Shown here in pieces: positions 46,830 through 59,171 of a stretch of 64,000 nucleotides of DNA. The stretch is from Podarcis vaucheri (Eukaryota), in NCBI GenBank assembly GCA_965113315.1, contig OZ220368.1; one strand, 5' to 3'. A program made the position numbers and the translations under genes. Within the stretch, counting starts at the first letter, position 1, and each line of letters starts with the position of its first letter. Below the pieces are notes generated by a model. It had not been told where the DNA came from. It was given only the letters and a program-made list of their open reading frames with translations, and did no database searches.

Positions 46830-48797
46830 TGTATTGATATATTTTTATTTTATTTTCCAAAAAGTCGGCAGCAAATATTTATATTCGTTAACCTGAATGA
46901 TGCTGAAATGTTTTTCTTTTTCCTCTTTCCTGCTGTTTGACAGCCAAAATCCTAATAAATAATATTTGGCTATAATGTAAAGCATGAATTGCTGACTTGA
47001 AAGTGGTGTGCTGTGCTAAGTTAAGCCTTCTGCCCCACTCTCAATAGTGAAATTTGAATCAAGAATGGAAACATTGTATATTCCTTCCTTAAAGTTGTAG
47101 CTAGTTGGTTGCAGTGTGTCCTCAAATGTCCCAGAGGTCCGTCCCCACAGTGGGAGTCAGTAAACTCTGGGGCAATCAAAATAACTTTGCCGGCAGACTA
47201 CTAGAGGTTGCAAGGTAAGCTGCAAAATTAACCTCCTTTGCAGCTTGCACTGCCACATGGTAGGCGCAATTATATGTGCTAACCAGTGTTATGTTGGCTT
47301 TGTTGGTGTGAGACTTGCACCATTTATGCTTTAGTCTTCATCTAGCTTATATCATAGCCCAAAGCTCACCAGAATACCAAGGAGCCATTCTCAATCTACA
47401 ATGCTGGAGAACAGACTGGAAGCAATCTTATCAGTTGCCTGCTTCATCTTGCTATTTCCAAGCAAGTCCAGATCAGATCATCAGCTTTCTCTGCTAGAAA
47501 ATACCCAGAGCATTCAGGAACACATTATTTTCCCCTCAATCTCCAAGAGAAGGCCATTCAAATGGGCCCACCACCCTTACAGGGTATTTATTCAGGATGT
47601 CTTCCAGCTCATCCTGAAACTGGTCTGTCAATGTAGCCTCACTGACACATGTAGGTGACATTTATTAACAACATAGTGACCAGCCTTTAAAACCAGAGAG
47701 CCAATAAATTAGAGTGGGGAAGTTTTTATAGAATTCCCAGCTTATGGTGAATCTATTTTTCAGTCTAATATATTGTATTTATTTTAAACATTCCAAGACA
47801 GAAAACATAACACCCAAATAATTATTTAATTAATCTTACAAACACATGACTATTTCAGAATATCACTAAATCAAATATGCTTGCCATTCAAAAGAGAAAA
47901 TCTGAAAAGGCTACAGAATTATGTATATAGACATGATTTTTGTTTAACTTAAAGTATGAAGTCTGTTTGAAAGGAAATCCCGATAACAAGGCACCCTAAT
48001 TGTTTGCATCTTGTGGACTTTAAAAGTGTCAGAGCAATTTAGCCTTTAAAGAACTACATAAAATATTTTATCACATCTTTGCCTCAGTAAGTTTAATAAA
48101 CTACACAGCCTTCAGGGACTAAGCTCCTTATAAATTAACTGCCTTCAGCTTACTGAACAAGGGTCTTTATCTCCTGTCAGCTTAATTATGTGTTTAATTT
48201 TATTTTTAACATTTTTAAAAATGACCCACACAAAGAGAAGCCTAGATTGTTTAATTAAACAAATGAATATAGTTATATCTAGCATGATCAAGGTACTAAT
48301 TTGTCCTAGCTATGTTTTATTCAAAGCTGAAATGCCAGCCCATCCTATCCTGTCCTGTCCAGTTCACCCAGTCCAGTCCAGAGTGGCTACACCAGTCCAT
48401 TGTAAAGTTTATCTATGCTCCTTTACAACAGTATGTTAGAATTTTAAATTAATTTTATGGCCTTCTTAATGATAATTATCTGCAGGTTTTCCCATATGAC
48501 TTTACATTATGGTTTACATATGACTTTACATTATGGTTATTTCAGATTACCACATCAGTTTAGTGTTATTTTTTAAAAAGGTCCTCATCAAACTTCATCA
48601 TAATTTTATTGCATGTTTCTTCCAATAAACACATTTTATGCAATTTTGCCACAATATATTTTAAAAGCGATTTCCTCCCAATAATTGTTATTTTCATTAA
48701 TACGTGTCTTTTAGATACCCATATCTAAACACATATTTTGGTTGGAGAATTGCATCACTAAATTCAGATTGCTCTATACTGCCCTTGACACAAGGTA

Positions 48798-49112
48798 AAG
48801 GGACCCCTGACCGTTAGGTTCAGTCGCGGATGACTCTGGGGTTGCAGCGCTTATCTCACTTTATTGGCCGGGGGAGCCAGCGTACAGCTTCCGGGTCTTG
48901 TGGCCAGCATAACTAAGCCACTTCTGGTGAACCAGAGCAGCACACGGAAATGCTGTTTTCCTTCCCGCTGGAGCGGTACCTATTTATCTACTTGCACTTT
49001 GACGTGCTTTTGAACTGCTAGGTTGGCAGGAGCAGGGACAGAGCAACGGGAGCTCACCCCATTGCGGGGATTCGAATCGCTGACCTTCTGACCACAGCAC
49101 CACCCGCGTCCC
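48798..49112 (-). mobile_element. Sauria SINE (subfamily A), small deletion in the head
   Basis: Matches 41864-42213; 13-bp TSD ttgacacaaggta. Confidence 0.9.
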
Positions 49113-49699
49113 TTGACACAAGGTAGTTTACAGCAAAATAAGGCAACCCAAAAACATGATACACAATAAGCAAAAATATTAACAAAAATGCTTAAATAAT
49201 AAGTGAAATTTAGTGGCACACTGTTACAGGTGTTCTGTCTGCGCAAGCATTGCAGCTTGCCAGATGGGACGAACCTCCCCTCTCCTCCCCTGTGTGCTGT
49301 TCTGCGGGTTCTCCTGATCCCCCCTCCCCCAAGACAAATTCTGGAGAAGAGGAGGGGGAAGCCCCATTGCACATGCTGATGTCCTTACATAGGACTCCTG
49401 GTGATGGCCCTGGTTATGTGAATCCTGCCCAATATAGTGAGTAGTATAAATACTTTAAAATGACCTCCCATCAACTTCTAATAACCTGATATGAAAGATC
49501 TGGGCTTATCCCATGTAGAGCCAGCAGGGCTCTGCTGCTGTGGTGGGACTTCTGCTTCTTCTCCCTTTCCCATTTCTCCAAAATCTGTTCCAGATGCTTC
49601 CTTTCCCCTCCAGAATTGCTTTTGAATGTGTCCAGGTGGCTGAAGGGGAAAGAAGAGGACAAGGGAGCCTTGTTGCATGCACGAAAGTCCATTGTACCA

Positions 49700-50010
49700 G
49701 TGGAACTACAATGCTGGATAGCTCCCTTGATTGCAGCATAGTACTGATAATGCCAAGGTTGCATACACCCCAAGTTTTTACCTAGCATCCAGGTAAAGAG
49801 GCTCTTCCATGGAGCCTCACACCAAGCCCTTCACCAAGCAGGTGAACAATCTCATCTGCTGATCTTAATATATGCACAAGTTTGTATGAGAGAAGCTGCT
49901 TTCTCAGATATTTGGGTGTCAGGTAATTCAGGGCTTTAGACATCAATAGAAACTCATTGAATAAGGCCAGGAAGATACCGTAAGTAGCAACCAGTGCAGT
50001 GGTTTGAGAG
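49700..50010 (-). mobile_element. Old L2 3' relic
   Basis: Degenerate match to the reverse complement of the L2 C-terminus (cttctcagata..., gggctttag, gcaaccagtgcag). Confidence 0.45.
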
Positions 50011-50119
50011 TAGGAGTTATAATGTGAACCGAACCTAGTTTATCCCCCATCCCTAACTGTAGACCTGCTAATTGCCTAGCTTAGAAATCCTTACAAGTCC
50101 CAAGTAATCTGCTCAGCAC

Positions 50120-50178
50120 TTTTACAACATGTTTAAGGCAAAAATTATGTACTGAAAGTGAAAGTGTCTGGCAGTCCC
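50120..50178. repeat. 59-bp copy of 25460-25518 inside a local duplication
   Basis: 55/59 identity; flanked by agtcccaa(g/a)taatctgctcagcacttt at 50096-50122 and 50173-50199. Confidence 0.85.
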
Positions 50179-51086
50179 AAATAATCTGCTCAGCACTTTC
50201 CAGAGTAAGGGGGTATGCAGATATAATAAATAATAGTACTTATGAAGTAACAAAATGGGCATGAGGAGGTCACATGTTGTTGGAATCAAGATCTCATCTA
50301 CAAATAACTAATTTCATTCCTTTGTCTCTGGTCCAAAGCAGACTGCTTATTGTACTTAAAATATTTATGTGCTTTTGAATTATTAATTTCACCAAGGACA
50401 TCTGCATTTTTTAGCTACTAAAATAAGTACTTTATCTCAACAGAACAGAGTATTATAATAAATCTATAATGTAAATAATGTTTGACTGAGGAGAGCAGGA
50501 ATATTGGTGTGAACAAAGACCTCAGCCGTTATTACTTTCTCAGGAATAATGAGTGACTGAAGAATAGAGATCAAACTGCAATTGTTTCAATCCTGCTTCT
50601 TTCTTTTTTATCATTATATTATTACCGTCTGTTGTTAAAATAAGGTAGAATATGACTTAGATAATTTCCCCAACGCCCACCTTAGGAAAAGCTGCTGCTG
50701 CTGCTGCATCATCGTCATCACTGTTGTCATATTTTCCTCTTTGTTTAAATTAGACTTTTTTTTTGTTTGGTTGCTGAAATTAGACCACCTTCTTTGTCTT
50801 TTCCTCTGCATGGGAGTCTTTGGTGTATGTGACCTTGAAGCTGTCATCCAGCCTTAGTATGCATAGAAAATCTGTAGGTAGCAGCTATTTTATTTCCCAA
50901 ACAGAAAGATAATCAGAAGCAGTCAAGTGCATAGCATTTAGGCATTCCTTACTAGAGACAGAAGCTAAAAAGAGGCTGATGTCCCCGTGAATAAACTAGA
51001 GAACAAAAGAATTAAGATTATTCCAAATTTCAGACAATGAAATATATAAACACAAAATAATAAATATGATCAAGTATAAAGCAAAT

Positions 51087-51444
51087 GGGACGCGGGTGGC
51101 GCTGTGGGCTAAAGCCTCAACGCCTAGGGCTTGCCGATCGAAAGGTCGGCGGTTCGAATCCCCGCGGTGGGGTGCGCTCCCGCTGCTCGGTCCCAGCGCC
51201 TGCCCACCTAGCAGTTCGAAAGCACCCCCGGGGGCAAGTAGATAAATAGGTACCGCTTACCAGCGGGAAGGTAAACGGCGTTCCGTGTGCGGCTCTGGCT
51301 CGCCAGAGCAGCGTTGTCACGCCGGCCACGTGACCCGGAAGTGTCCTCGGACAGCGCTGGCCCCCGGCCAATAGATGTGAGATGGGCGCACAAACCCCAG
51401 AGTCTGTCAAGACTGGCCCGCAGGGCAGGGGTACCTTTACCTTT
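51087..51444 (+). mobile_element. Sauria SINE (subfamily B), full length, CpG-rich (young)
   Basis: Head gggacgcgggtggcgctgtgg, B-box ggttcgaatcc, (ACCTTT) tail, 12-bp TSD tataaagcaaat. Confidence 0.95.
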
Positions 51445-51871
51445 TATAAAGCAAATAAGTTCAAAAATATGAAAAATCTAGAATGACTATATAGCCTTTC
51501 TTTCTGTCTAATATTGTTGCATATGCGTCCATAGGGATACTGCAGAACCTGTATAATGAAAGATGCAGTTGATTCAATACGGCTTGGTTTCTTGGGGATA
51601 TGATGGATTCTCTAAAGTAGTAAGCAACTGACAAAAACAAAAGCATCTCATTGGTTTTGAATATATTTGTTCTCAGTGACCACAGAAACTGTGGTGGGAT
51701 TTTCCTATCAATTGATTTTTGTAACTTTGTGGCTTTGGTACTTTTGGAAATATTGCCATTTTTCAATCACTCTGAAATAGAATTGGGAATTAATTGTAAC
51801 AATGGGATATATTGTCTCTGTTTATTGACTTATGAACACACTGATATCATGTGTTTCCATCTTGTATTTTT

Positions 51872-52050
51872 GGTAGTGGTTAGAATGTTGGACTAGGACT
51901 AGGGAGACACGAATTCAAAAATCTTTCTTAGGTGACCTTGAATCAGTAACTATCTCTTAACCCAGCCTATTTTACAGGATTGTTGTGAGAGTACAAATGT
52001 GTGAGGAGGGGAGAAGAACCATGTAGCCACCTGAGATAAGGCTTTTGAGG
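51872..52050 (+). mobile_element. Old MIR/CORE-like SINE
   Basis: tagtggttagaatgttggac head and core-like gtgaccttg...caggattgttgtgag. Confidence 0.55.
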
Positions 52051-52895
52051 GACATGGGTTTTTTTTTTTTAATAACTTTTATTACATTTATAAAGCCTGA
52101 TTATTATGTATTGTTGGCTTTTCAGAGTGATCCTAATTTTTGTTCCCTAGTTGCTTATTACTATTTATCACCATTATTAATTTACTAATCACCTTCTACA
52201 TAATTATCTCAAAGTAATATACAATAAAAACAGCAAAAATACAGTTATAAACATAAAAAGTAGATATATTTAAAACAATAAAAAATAAACACTCGTGGCA
52301 AAGACCCATTTATCCAGTTGTGAAAGCCTGTAGGAACAAAAATGCCTCCAGTTGTTTCTGGAAAGTGCAGGTCGTGGATGCCTGTTGTATCTTGAAGGGT
52401 ATGCAGAACACAGAACAGAGACAGCCACCCGGAAAGCCCTACTCCAAGTAGGTTTCTGAGATTTTTGGGCCTTACGGAGAAACTCTCCTGCAGACTACAG
52501 TGATCTACTGGCTATATAAGAAACCTGCTGGTTTCTATCCTCTTGGGGTAATTTCTGCTGGAGGCCATGTTGTGTAGAATCATTGTAGACAATAAGTAGT
52601 CATTGTGGTATGTATGGTGGAGCCGCCACCCAAACACCAGCATCGTTGCATCTTATTTGGATAGGACTTTGCTGGGTGGTTTCAACAGCAGAAGAAGTGG
52701 TTTGGCTTCATCAGTGCTTCTGCAAAGCACCAACCTCACTGCCCTCCTACCCCACCCAGGTTATCTGCAGTGACACCTGTGTCAGGACTCAAGAGAACAG
52801 CTCTGGCCCACCACTCTACTTGCTACTGATCGTAGAGATTCCTAAAGACAATGGGCCTGCTTGTTTCTCAAATTGTAATCATTTGTTTCAAGTTA

Positions 52896-53154
52896 CCGTA
52901 TTTTTTGCTCTATAAGACTCACTTTTCCCTTCCTAAAATGTAAGGGGAAATGTGTGTGCGTCTTATGGAGAGAATGCAAGCTGCACAGCTATCCCAGAAG
53001 CCAGAACAGCAAGAGGGATCGCTGCTTTCACTGCGCAGTGATCCCTCTTGCTGTTCTGGCTTCTGAGATTCAGAATATTTTTTTTCTTGTTTTCCTCCTC
53101 CAAAAACAAGGTGTGTCTTGTGGTCTGGTTCGTCTTATAGAGCGAAAAATACGG
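52896..53154. mobile_element. Tc/mariner-pogo (Tc2-like) MITE with internal hairpin
   Basis: TIR ccgtattttttgctctataagac/gtcttatagagcgaaaaatacgg; TA TSD. Confidence 0.85.
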
Positions 53155-55162
53155 TATTTTCCTATCTTGCTGCTGTTTTACATTCACTATTCCAACAATG
53201 AGGGACTGGATTATGGATTTCCAGTAGAGGCTTCCTATTTAGAGCTCTTCTCACTGCCTGGTTGTTGGTTGTTTCAGTCATTACATTGCTTTCTCTCATT
53301 AATTTTATGTTTGATTTACACACGTCAGTATCTTGGGCCCCTGTCACAATCTTTATTGCTGGACTGTCTGCCAACAGTTGGACTTATCCATTTCCTTGCA
53401 GATGTTCACTGCCTTTACATGACCTTCTCATGATTGTGCTATATACAAAAGCAAACTCATTCTCTGAGTGTGCATCCTTATGTAGCCCAAACAGCATCAT
53501 CCACATACAAAAGAGTGCAAGGAACATTTAGAAAAAGAAAAGAAAACCTGAAGGGGAGGAGAAAAACCAATGGTGACTGAAGATGCTTGGTGGCCATAGG
53601 AAAACAACTGGATGTCAGGGAGATGGAAGAGTAAAGGAAACGGGAAATGTAATAGAATATCCTCAGAAAGGGCATGGCTGACTTACTGAACCGCTAAACA
53701 ATAGCACTTCACACTGCAACAGTTTGCTGTGGGTCCCCCTTGTTGCAGCTATCTAAATTATTTCATTCATCTTGTTTTACCCACTTTCTACTACTGGCCC
53801 AATTTCATCCACATCTTCTCTTCTTTTTGCTTCCATGCATTTGGGAGGCTGCCCTAAAGGCCAGTCAGGGACTCAAGGAACCCTTTGCATTAGGCTCACT
53901 CATGCACTTCAGTTTTGCTACTTTCCCATTGCAGACCACGGGATTGGGGCTCATCCTCATGGTTATATGGGGAAAATATACTCTGACCTCAACTAGAAAT
54001 GCTTTTTAAAAAGTCTGCCAGGAATATGTATAATGTCTTCATGGAAGAAATTTAGCAAAAGTGGTGATTATGATAATTGTTACGCAGGTTTGGGAGATGT
54101 TTTTGTTTAAATTGAAAAATGATTTATGTCCTAAATGGATTAGCATATAATGAAACAAAATTAGCTTTCTGTTTAGCATCTACAGTAATCGTGTGTGTGT
54201 TTAAAATGTGAATGTCAATATTGTTTGTATAATATCGGACACATCTTAGACCATATTGGTTAGATTTGTCATATCAAGTTATGCTCACAATGTGAAAGAA
54301 ATAGTAGTTTACTTCTTGCTTGTAGGTAGGAAGCTATATTACTTCCTTTGCTATGCCGCATACTCCCATTCTTTTAGCAGACTAATGTTGAAATCCTATT
54401 TGTACATATGTGACAGCCAGCCAAACTGAATCCATTGGAGCTTGCTTTTGAGCAAACATGCACAATATCAAGTTGCACTCCTGCCACTTGCTGTTGATTG
54501 TAAATATTTAAGCTCTTTTTACCTGGTTTGAAAACATGTATAAGGAATACATGGAAGATGAACAGAGTCACATGTGTCTGCTGCCCTGGTCTTCCATATG
54601 TTGGTCAGTTCCATGTTCACAAAACCAATAAGCCCATGGAAATCAAAAGTAAGGCAAGGATGTTACCTTGTTCTTTCTGCATGCATTGTGTATACATAAT
54701 TTCACAAGCTGTGAAAAGTTTTGAAGATTCAGATATGAGCACTCAAAAAGTGAGTATTCCTACTGGAATGCTCACAGTTGTATGAGAACAGTTAGGACTG
54801 TTAGCCCAAATCCTGGAAGCACCAACGGCCTTTAGGACACAGAAATGTGAAGGTACCTTTGAGCACCCACAAACCTAAATAGTAGGGATGGGGCTCTCTG
54901 CTATGTGTCTGCCTGTTTGCAGGTCTGCTTTTTGTCATCATGCAGGTTCCGTTCCTGTCAATACTTAGTCGGTATGGGCTCAGCCCATATTTGAAATGTC
55001 AACCATGAACTTGACTTGTCAAGATTTAGACCATTGAACCAAAAATGTTGATCTCTAGCTCAAAAAAGGCTTGACTGATTTTGACTCTAATGCAAATCAT
55101 TTGCCCCCAGGGCACACAAGAGTAACACAGAGAAAAATGGTGTGTTTTGAAACTTCTTTCTG

Positions 55163-56030
55163 TCTACTATATATTTTGGAAAGTGGTTTGTCTGTTTGTC
55201 CATTTGTTCAGCTGCCTCTTGAGATGTCATTGCCCAGGGGTCAGCAACTTTTTTCAGCAGGGGGCTGGTCCACTGTCCCTCAGATCTTGTGGGAGGCCAG
55301 ACTATATTTTTTTTGGAGGGGATGAACAAATTCCTATGCCCTACAAATAACCCAGAGATGCATTTTAAATAAAAGCACACATTCTACTCATGCAAAAACA
55401 CGCAGATTCCTGGACCATCCACGGGCCGGATTTAGAAGGCAATTAGGCTGGATCCAGCCCCCGGGCCATAGTTTGCCTACCCATGTCATTACCAAACACT
55501 GCACATTTGTTTCTGCACATTTGTGGAGGCAGCAGTCACCATTAATGTCTGGATGGCGGCTATCATTCTGAAACAAGGTGGTGGACCAAAACATCACTTT
55601 GGCATGACTTTGCCTGGTTGTTGTTTTTTTGGCATAGGTTTGATTACTTCTCAAGATGTTGCCAAACTCTGCATGAGGGTTCCTGAGGTGGGGGCAGCAA
55701 TCTTCATTGATGTTTGGTGGCTGCAGGCCAGTTTGATTCAAGATCAAGTGGACCATACTTTGGTGTGACTTCATCCATTTTGGGGCATAAACCTGGCTGT
55801 CTTTTGAGATAGCATTGCCAAACTTGGCACAAAAGTTCCTGGGTGGGGGCAGTCTTCAATGGCATTTTGATGCTAGTTGCCATTTTGAACCAAGATCATG
55901 ACTTTGGCATGGCTTTAATATTATATTTGGTGTGAGGGGTCTAAACTCATAAATTACACTATCCATTTAAAAATCACAATATTTTTTGTTTTGAACAAAT
56001 TTCTGGGCCACCCCAGGCACTTACTACTAG
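55163..56030 (+). mobile_element. Probable non-autonomous Helitron with three degenerate ~150-bp internal units
   Basis: 5' TC(tactatata), subterminal hairpin ctggg-ccac-cccag (56003-56016), 3' CTAG followed by T; no TSD. Confidence 0.55.
55235..55485. mobile_element. hAT (Charlie-like) MITE nested in the Helitron candidate
   Basis: Termini caggggtcagcaac/gtttgcctacccatg; 7/8 TSD tcatt(g/a)cc. Confidence 0.75.
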
Positions 56031-56259
56031 TACTGTATATTCTATAATATGATATGTACTTGCTTTAACTCTATTAATGTCACCTCCACAAAATTAATAG
56101 TATTGCTCCCCCATAGTTCCCCCATATCTGCATTATTATAAACATTCCTTCACCCTCCAGTCCTCTTCACTTCAACCAGCCACCTCCTCAGCACCCACTT
56201 CTTTGTTTGCCTGCAGGGCAGAGGCAGCTAAACAAGCAGCATTCATTGTTCTTCAACTT

Positions 56260-56612
56260 AAAAAGGTAAAGGGACCCCTGACCATTAGGTCCAGCCGTGA
56301 CCGACTCTGGGGTTGCGGTGCTCATCTCGCTTTATTGGCCGAGGGAGCCAGCGTACAGCTTTTGGGTCATGTGGCCAGCATGGCTAAGCCGCTTCTGGCG
56401 AACCAGAGCATTGCATGGAAACGCCGTTTACCTTCCCACCGGAGTGGTACCTATTGATCTACTTGCACTTTGATGTGATTTTGAACTGCTAGTTTGGCAG
56501 GAGCAGGAACCCAGCAACAGGAGCTCACCCCATTGCAGGGATTCGAATCGCTGACCTTCTGATCGGCAAGCCCTAGGCTCTGTGGTTTAACCCACAGCGC
56601 CACCTGCGTCCC
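56260..56612 (-). mobile_element. Sauria SINE (subfamily A)
   Basis: Full-length reverse-complement match to 41864-42213. Confidence 0.92.
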
Positions 56613-57479
56613 TATTATTAGCCTATTATTTGAAAGGATTACCTAAAGTACCAACTACATCTACTGCCCCATCAACTGCCCATGCCTCATTTCCCCTGCT
56701 CAGAGGTGCACACTTAACCCTTTAATTGTTGGATCACTTTTGTAAAAAATATTTTATTGTCTTGGACTGCAACTGTGTCTGGCTGGCTTTCCAAGTCTGC
56801 ATCCGCCATCTCCTTCCTGCTGCACTGAAAGTGTTCCATCCCACCAGAAATACAATATTTCTAAGCAGATTTAATGTTAGTGTAACATTTTTAGTTTACC
56901 AAGCTGCACTGACAAAACAACCGCTTCCCAAAAACAAAGTGTATTCAGTTGTTACCTTTTTTTTTTTTTTTTGCTTTGGCAAATGCATCTTGCTGATGGC
57001 TGACAGTCACATCAGCAGTGGAGAGAATCTGCATTAAAGGAAACAGAACAGACAGTTTCCAATACACATTGTAATCACGTCAGATCCAGCGGGAACCGCA
57101 AGAACAATGACAGCAAGTCATGCATAATTGTGAGCTTAGGCTTGGCTATTGAGAACAGCAACAACAGCTTTGGGGTGAAAAGTATATCTGAAGATTGGTA
57201 TCAAATCATGAGGTATTGTGTGTGAGGTATGAGACCAGTTTGTGTATAAGTGTGCAAGCTTTGATGGAGCTCACTCTTCTGCTCACCTGCTAAGTACTCA
57301 CAAAGGGTGTGAGCTTTTGTGAGTGCTCAGTAATATGCTTACAAAAACTCAACTCCTTAGGGGTCATACATCAGGCAGCTTGCGTATCCATAATGAGAAG
57401 GGCTTTAGGGAACCAGAAAGCTTGTTCACCACACAAGGAGCATATGAACTTGGCTTTAACTGCTATCTCTATGTTAGTG

Positions 57480-57710
57480 GGACTCCCTGTGTTCTTATAG
57501 ACAAATTCCTGGAGTATAAGTACTGGTCATGATGGCTGTATTAACTTCAGTATCAGAGCTGGCATGCAGCTAAATACCAGTTGCTAGGGATCACAAGTTA
57601 GAGTGCTACTGTACTTACGTCCGACTGTGGGCTCCCAAAGGCATCTGGTTGGCCGCTGTGAAAGCAGAGTTCTAGACTTGAAGGCAGGAGAGCTTTGGCT
57701 GTTCTTAACA
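57480..57710 (+). mobile_element. Old CR1 3' UTR relic (different family)
   Basis: Motifs aataccagttgct and ggcatctggttggcc.ctgtga recalled from lizard CR1 3' ends. Confidence 0.45.
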
Positions 57711-59171
57711 ACACCAGTCCACTGCTCTACCGTAGTAAAAGTCTGCTTACTATTGTTTGCTGTCAAAAAGGCCTTTTGAATAATGAATTTTGGAAAGGAC
57801 CCGCTTTTTCTTTAAAGGAAGACTGGACCTTCTTTAGATAACAGGGTATATGAATGGTGCTAAAGGAGAAATTTGGACCCAGGGGTCAACTGCTCCTAAC
57901 TATTGGCCTTTTGTCATTGTAAAAAAAAAAAAAAATCCTTTAGAAACACCAATTAAAAAAATAGTTACCATCAAATGCAATATTAGCAATGAAACTAGCA
58001 TACTCTGTACACTATGCTCACACCAAATCTCTTTTTTAACATTATAGATTTAACCATCAAAACCTTGTGGGTTTGATGAAGCAAAACTGATAGTCTGAAA
58101 TATGTTATCCCTTTTAGATTTGAATTCTTATAAAGACCAAAGGGATTCTGAGATCCCCATTAATTTCGGAATAGCAAGGCCACCTGGAGCTTCTAATTAA
58201 CCAATCCTGTTGGGGACTGAATTTGGGAGACGAGGAACCTGCTCAGCAATGGCCTGGGTGGGATATACCAATGTACTGATGCATTTCTGCCGGGCATCTC
58301 AAGCATACTTAAGTTTAACAGATACCAATGTATATTTTCCAGTTGTTAATAAGAACAAGAAGCAAGGAACCTTGGAGCAGTGGGAGTTATTTGTCAGGAT
58401 CTATTAACAAGAGCTGAGACTTTATAGAGAAATCATTTGAGAAGGAAGCCATTGGTCCCCTGCAGAGAGGCCAATTATAGAACACCACAGCAGCAGCAGA
58501 ATAACAGGGGGAAAGAACACGGAGTCCAGAATCCATCATTGTTGTTAACATTACGGTTAAGTGTTGCTCCTATTAACAAATGTAAAATACATGTGAGTGT
58601 TAAGGGCTGCCAGCAGGGTGCCAAGCACGGGGAGAAAAAAGATGCAATGTCACCTGTATTTTCAAATACATTTTCTCCAAAGTGCAAGTAGAGTTATGCA
58701 TCAAGTCGTTTTAATAGGCAACTATGATGGATTTGTGATAATCTTTGCTGGAATGCACTGTGTACAGCCATCATATATTCTTTTCAGAATTTCAAACAGA
58801 CTTCCATTGAGTCGTTCACTTTCCCATTAGCTGAAGGCTTTGTGTCTATGAGATTTCATCTGAAGTTTGCTAGACCTGGTAGTGGATTAGTAGCTCTGTA
58901 TTTAAAAACATGGAGATGAGCATAGTAGCTGCATCTTCACATTAGTTTTACTCAAGAAAACTAACCCATTTCCCCTGTTCAAAAAATAATATGAGTTGGT
59001 TCATATTAGTTGGTTCATATCAAAAGACCCTAGTCTTTTTCTTGGCTTCACTGCTGATTTTATTTTAATGTATTCAGCATAAAGCATTTTTTGTGCCACA
59101 TTAAAATAGAAGATGTCCAAAGTGGCATTTAAAATAATAAAAACATATCAAATCCATTAAGGAAGAAAATT

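Noticed and set aside
48493-48538. Short tandem duplications (also 12371-12420 and 58994-59020) as a CRISPR-like or functional array
   Set aside because: Only two units each and no spacers; ordinary slippage duplications in eukaryotic DNA.
51087-51180. tRNA gene (A/B boxes)
   Set aside because: It is the tRNA-derived head of a Sauria SINE with body, tail and TSD, and has no complete cloverleaf.
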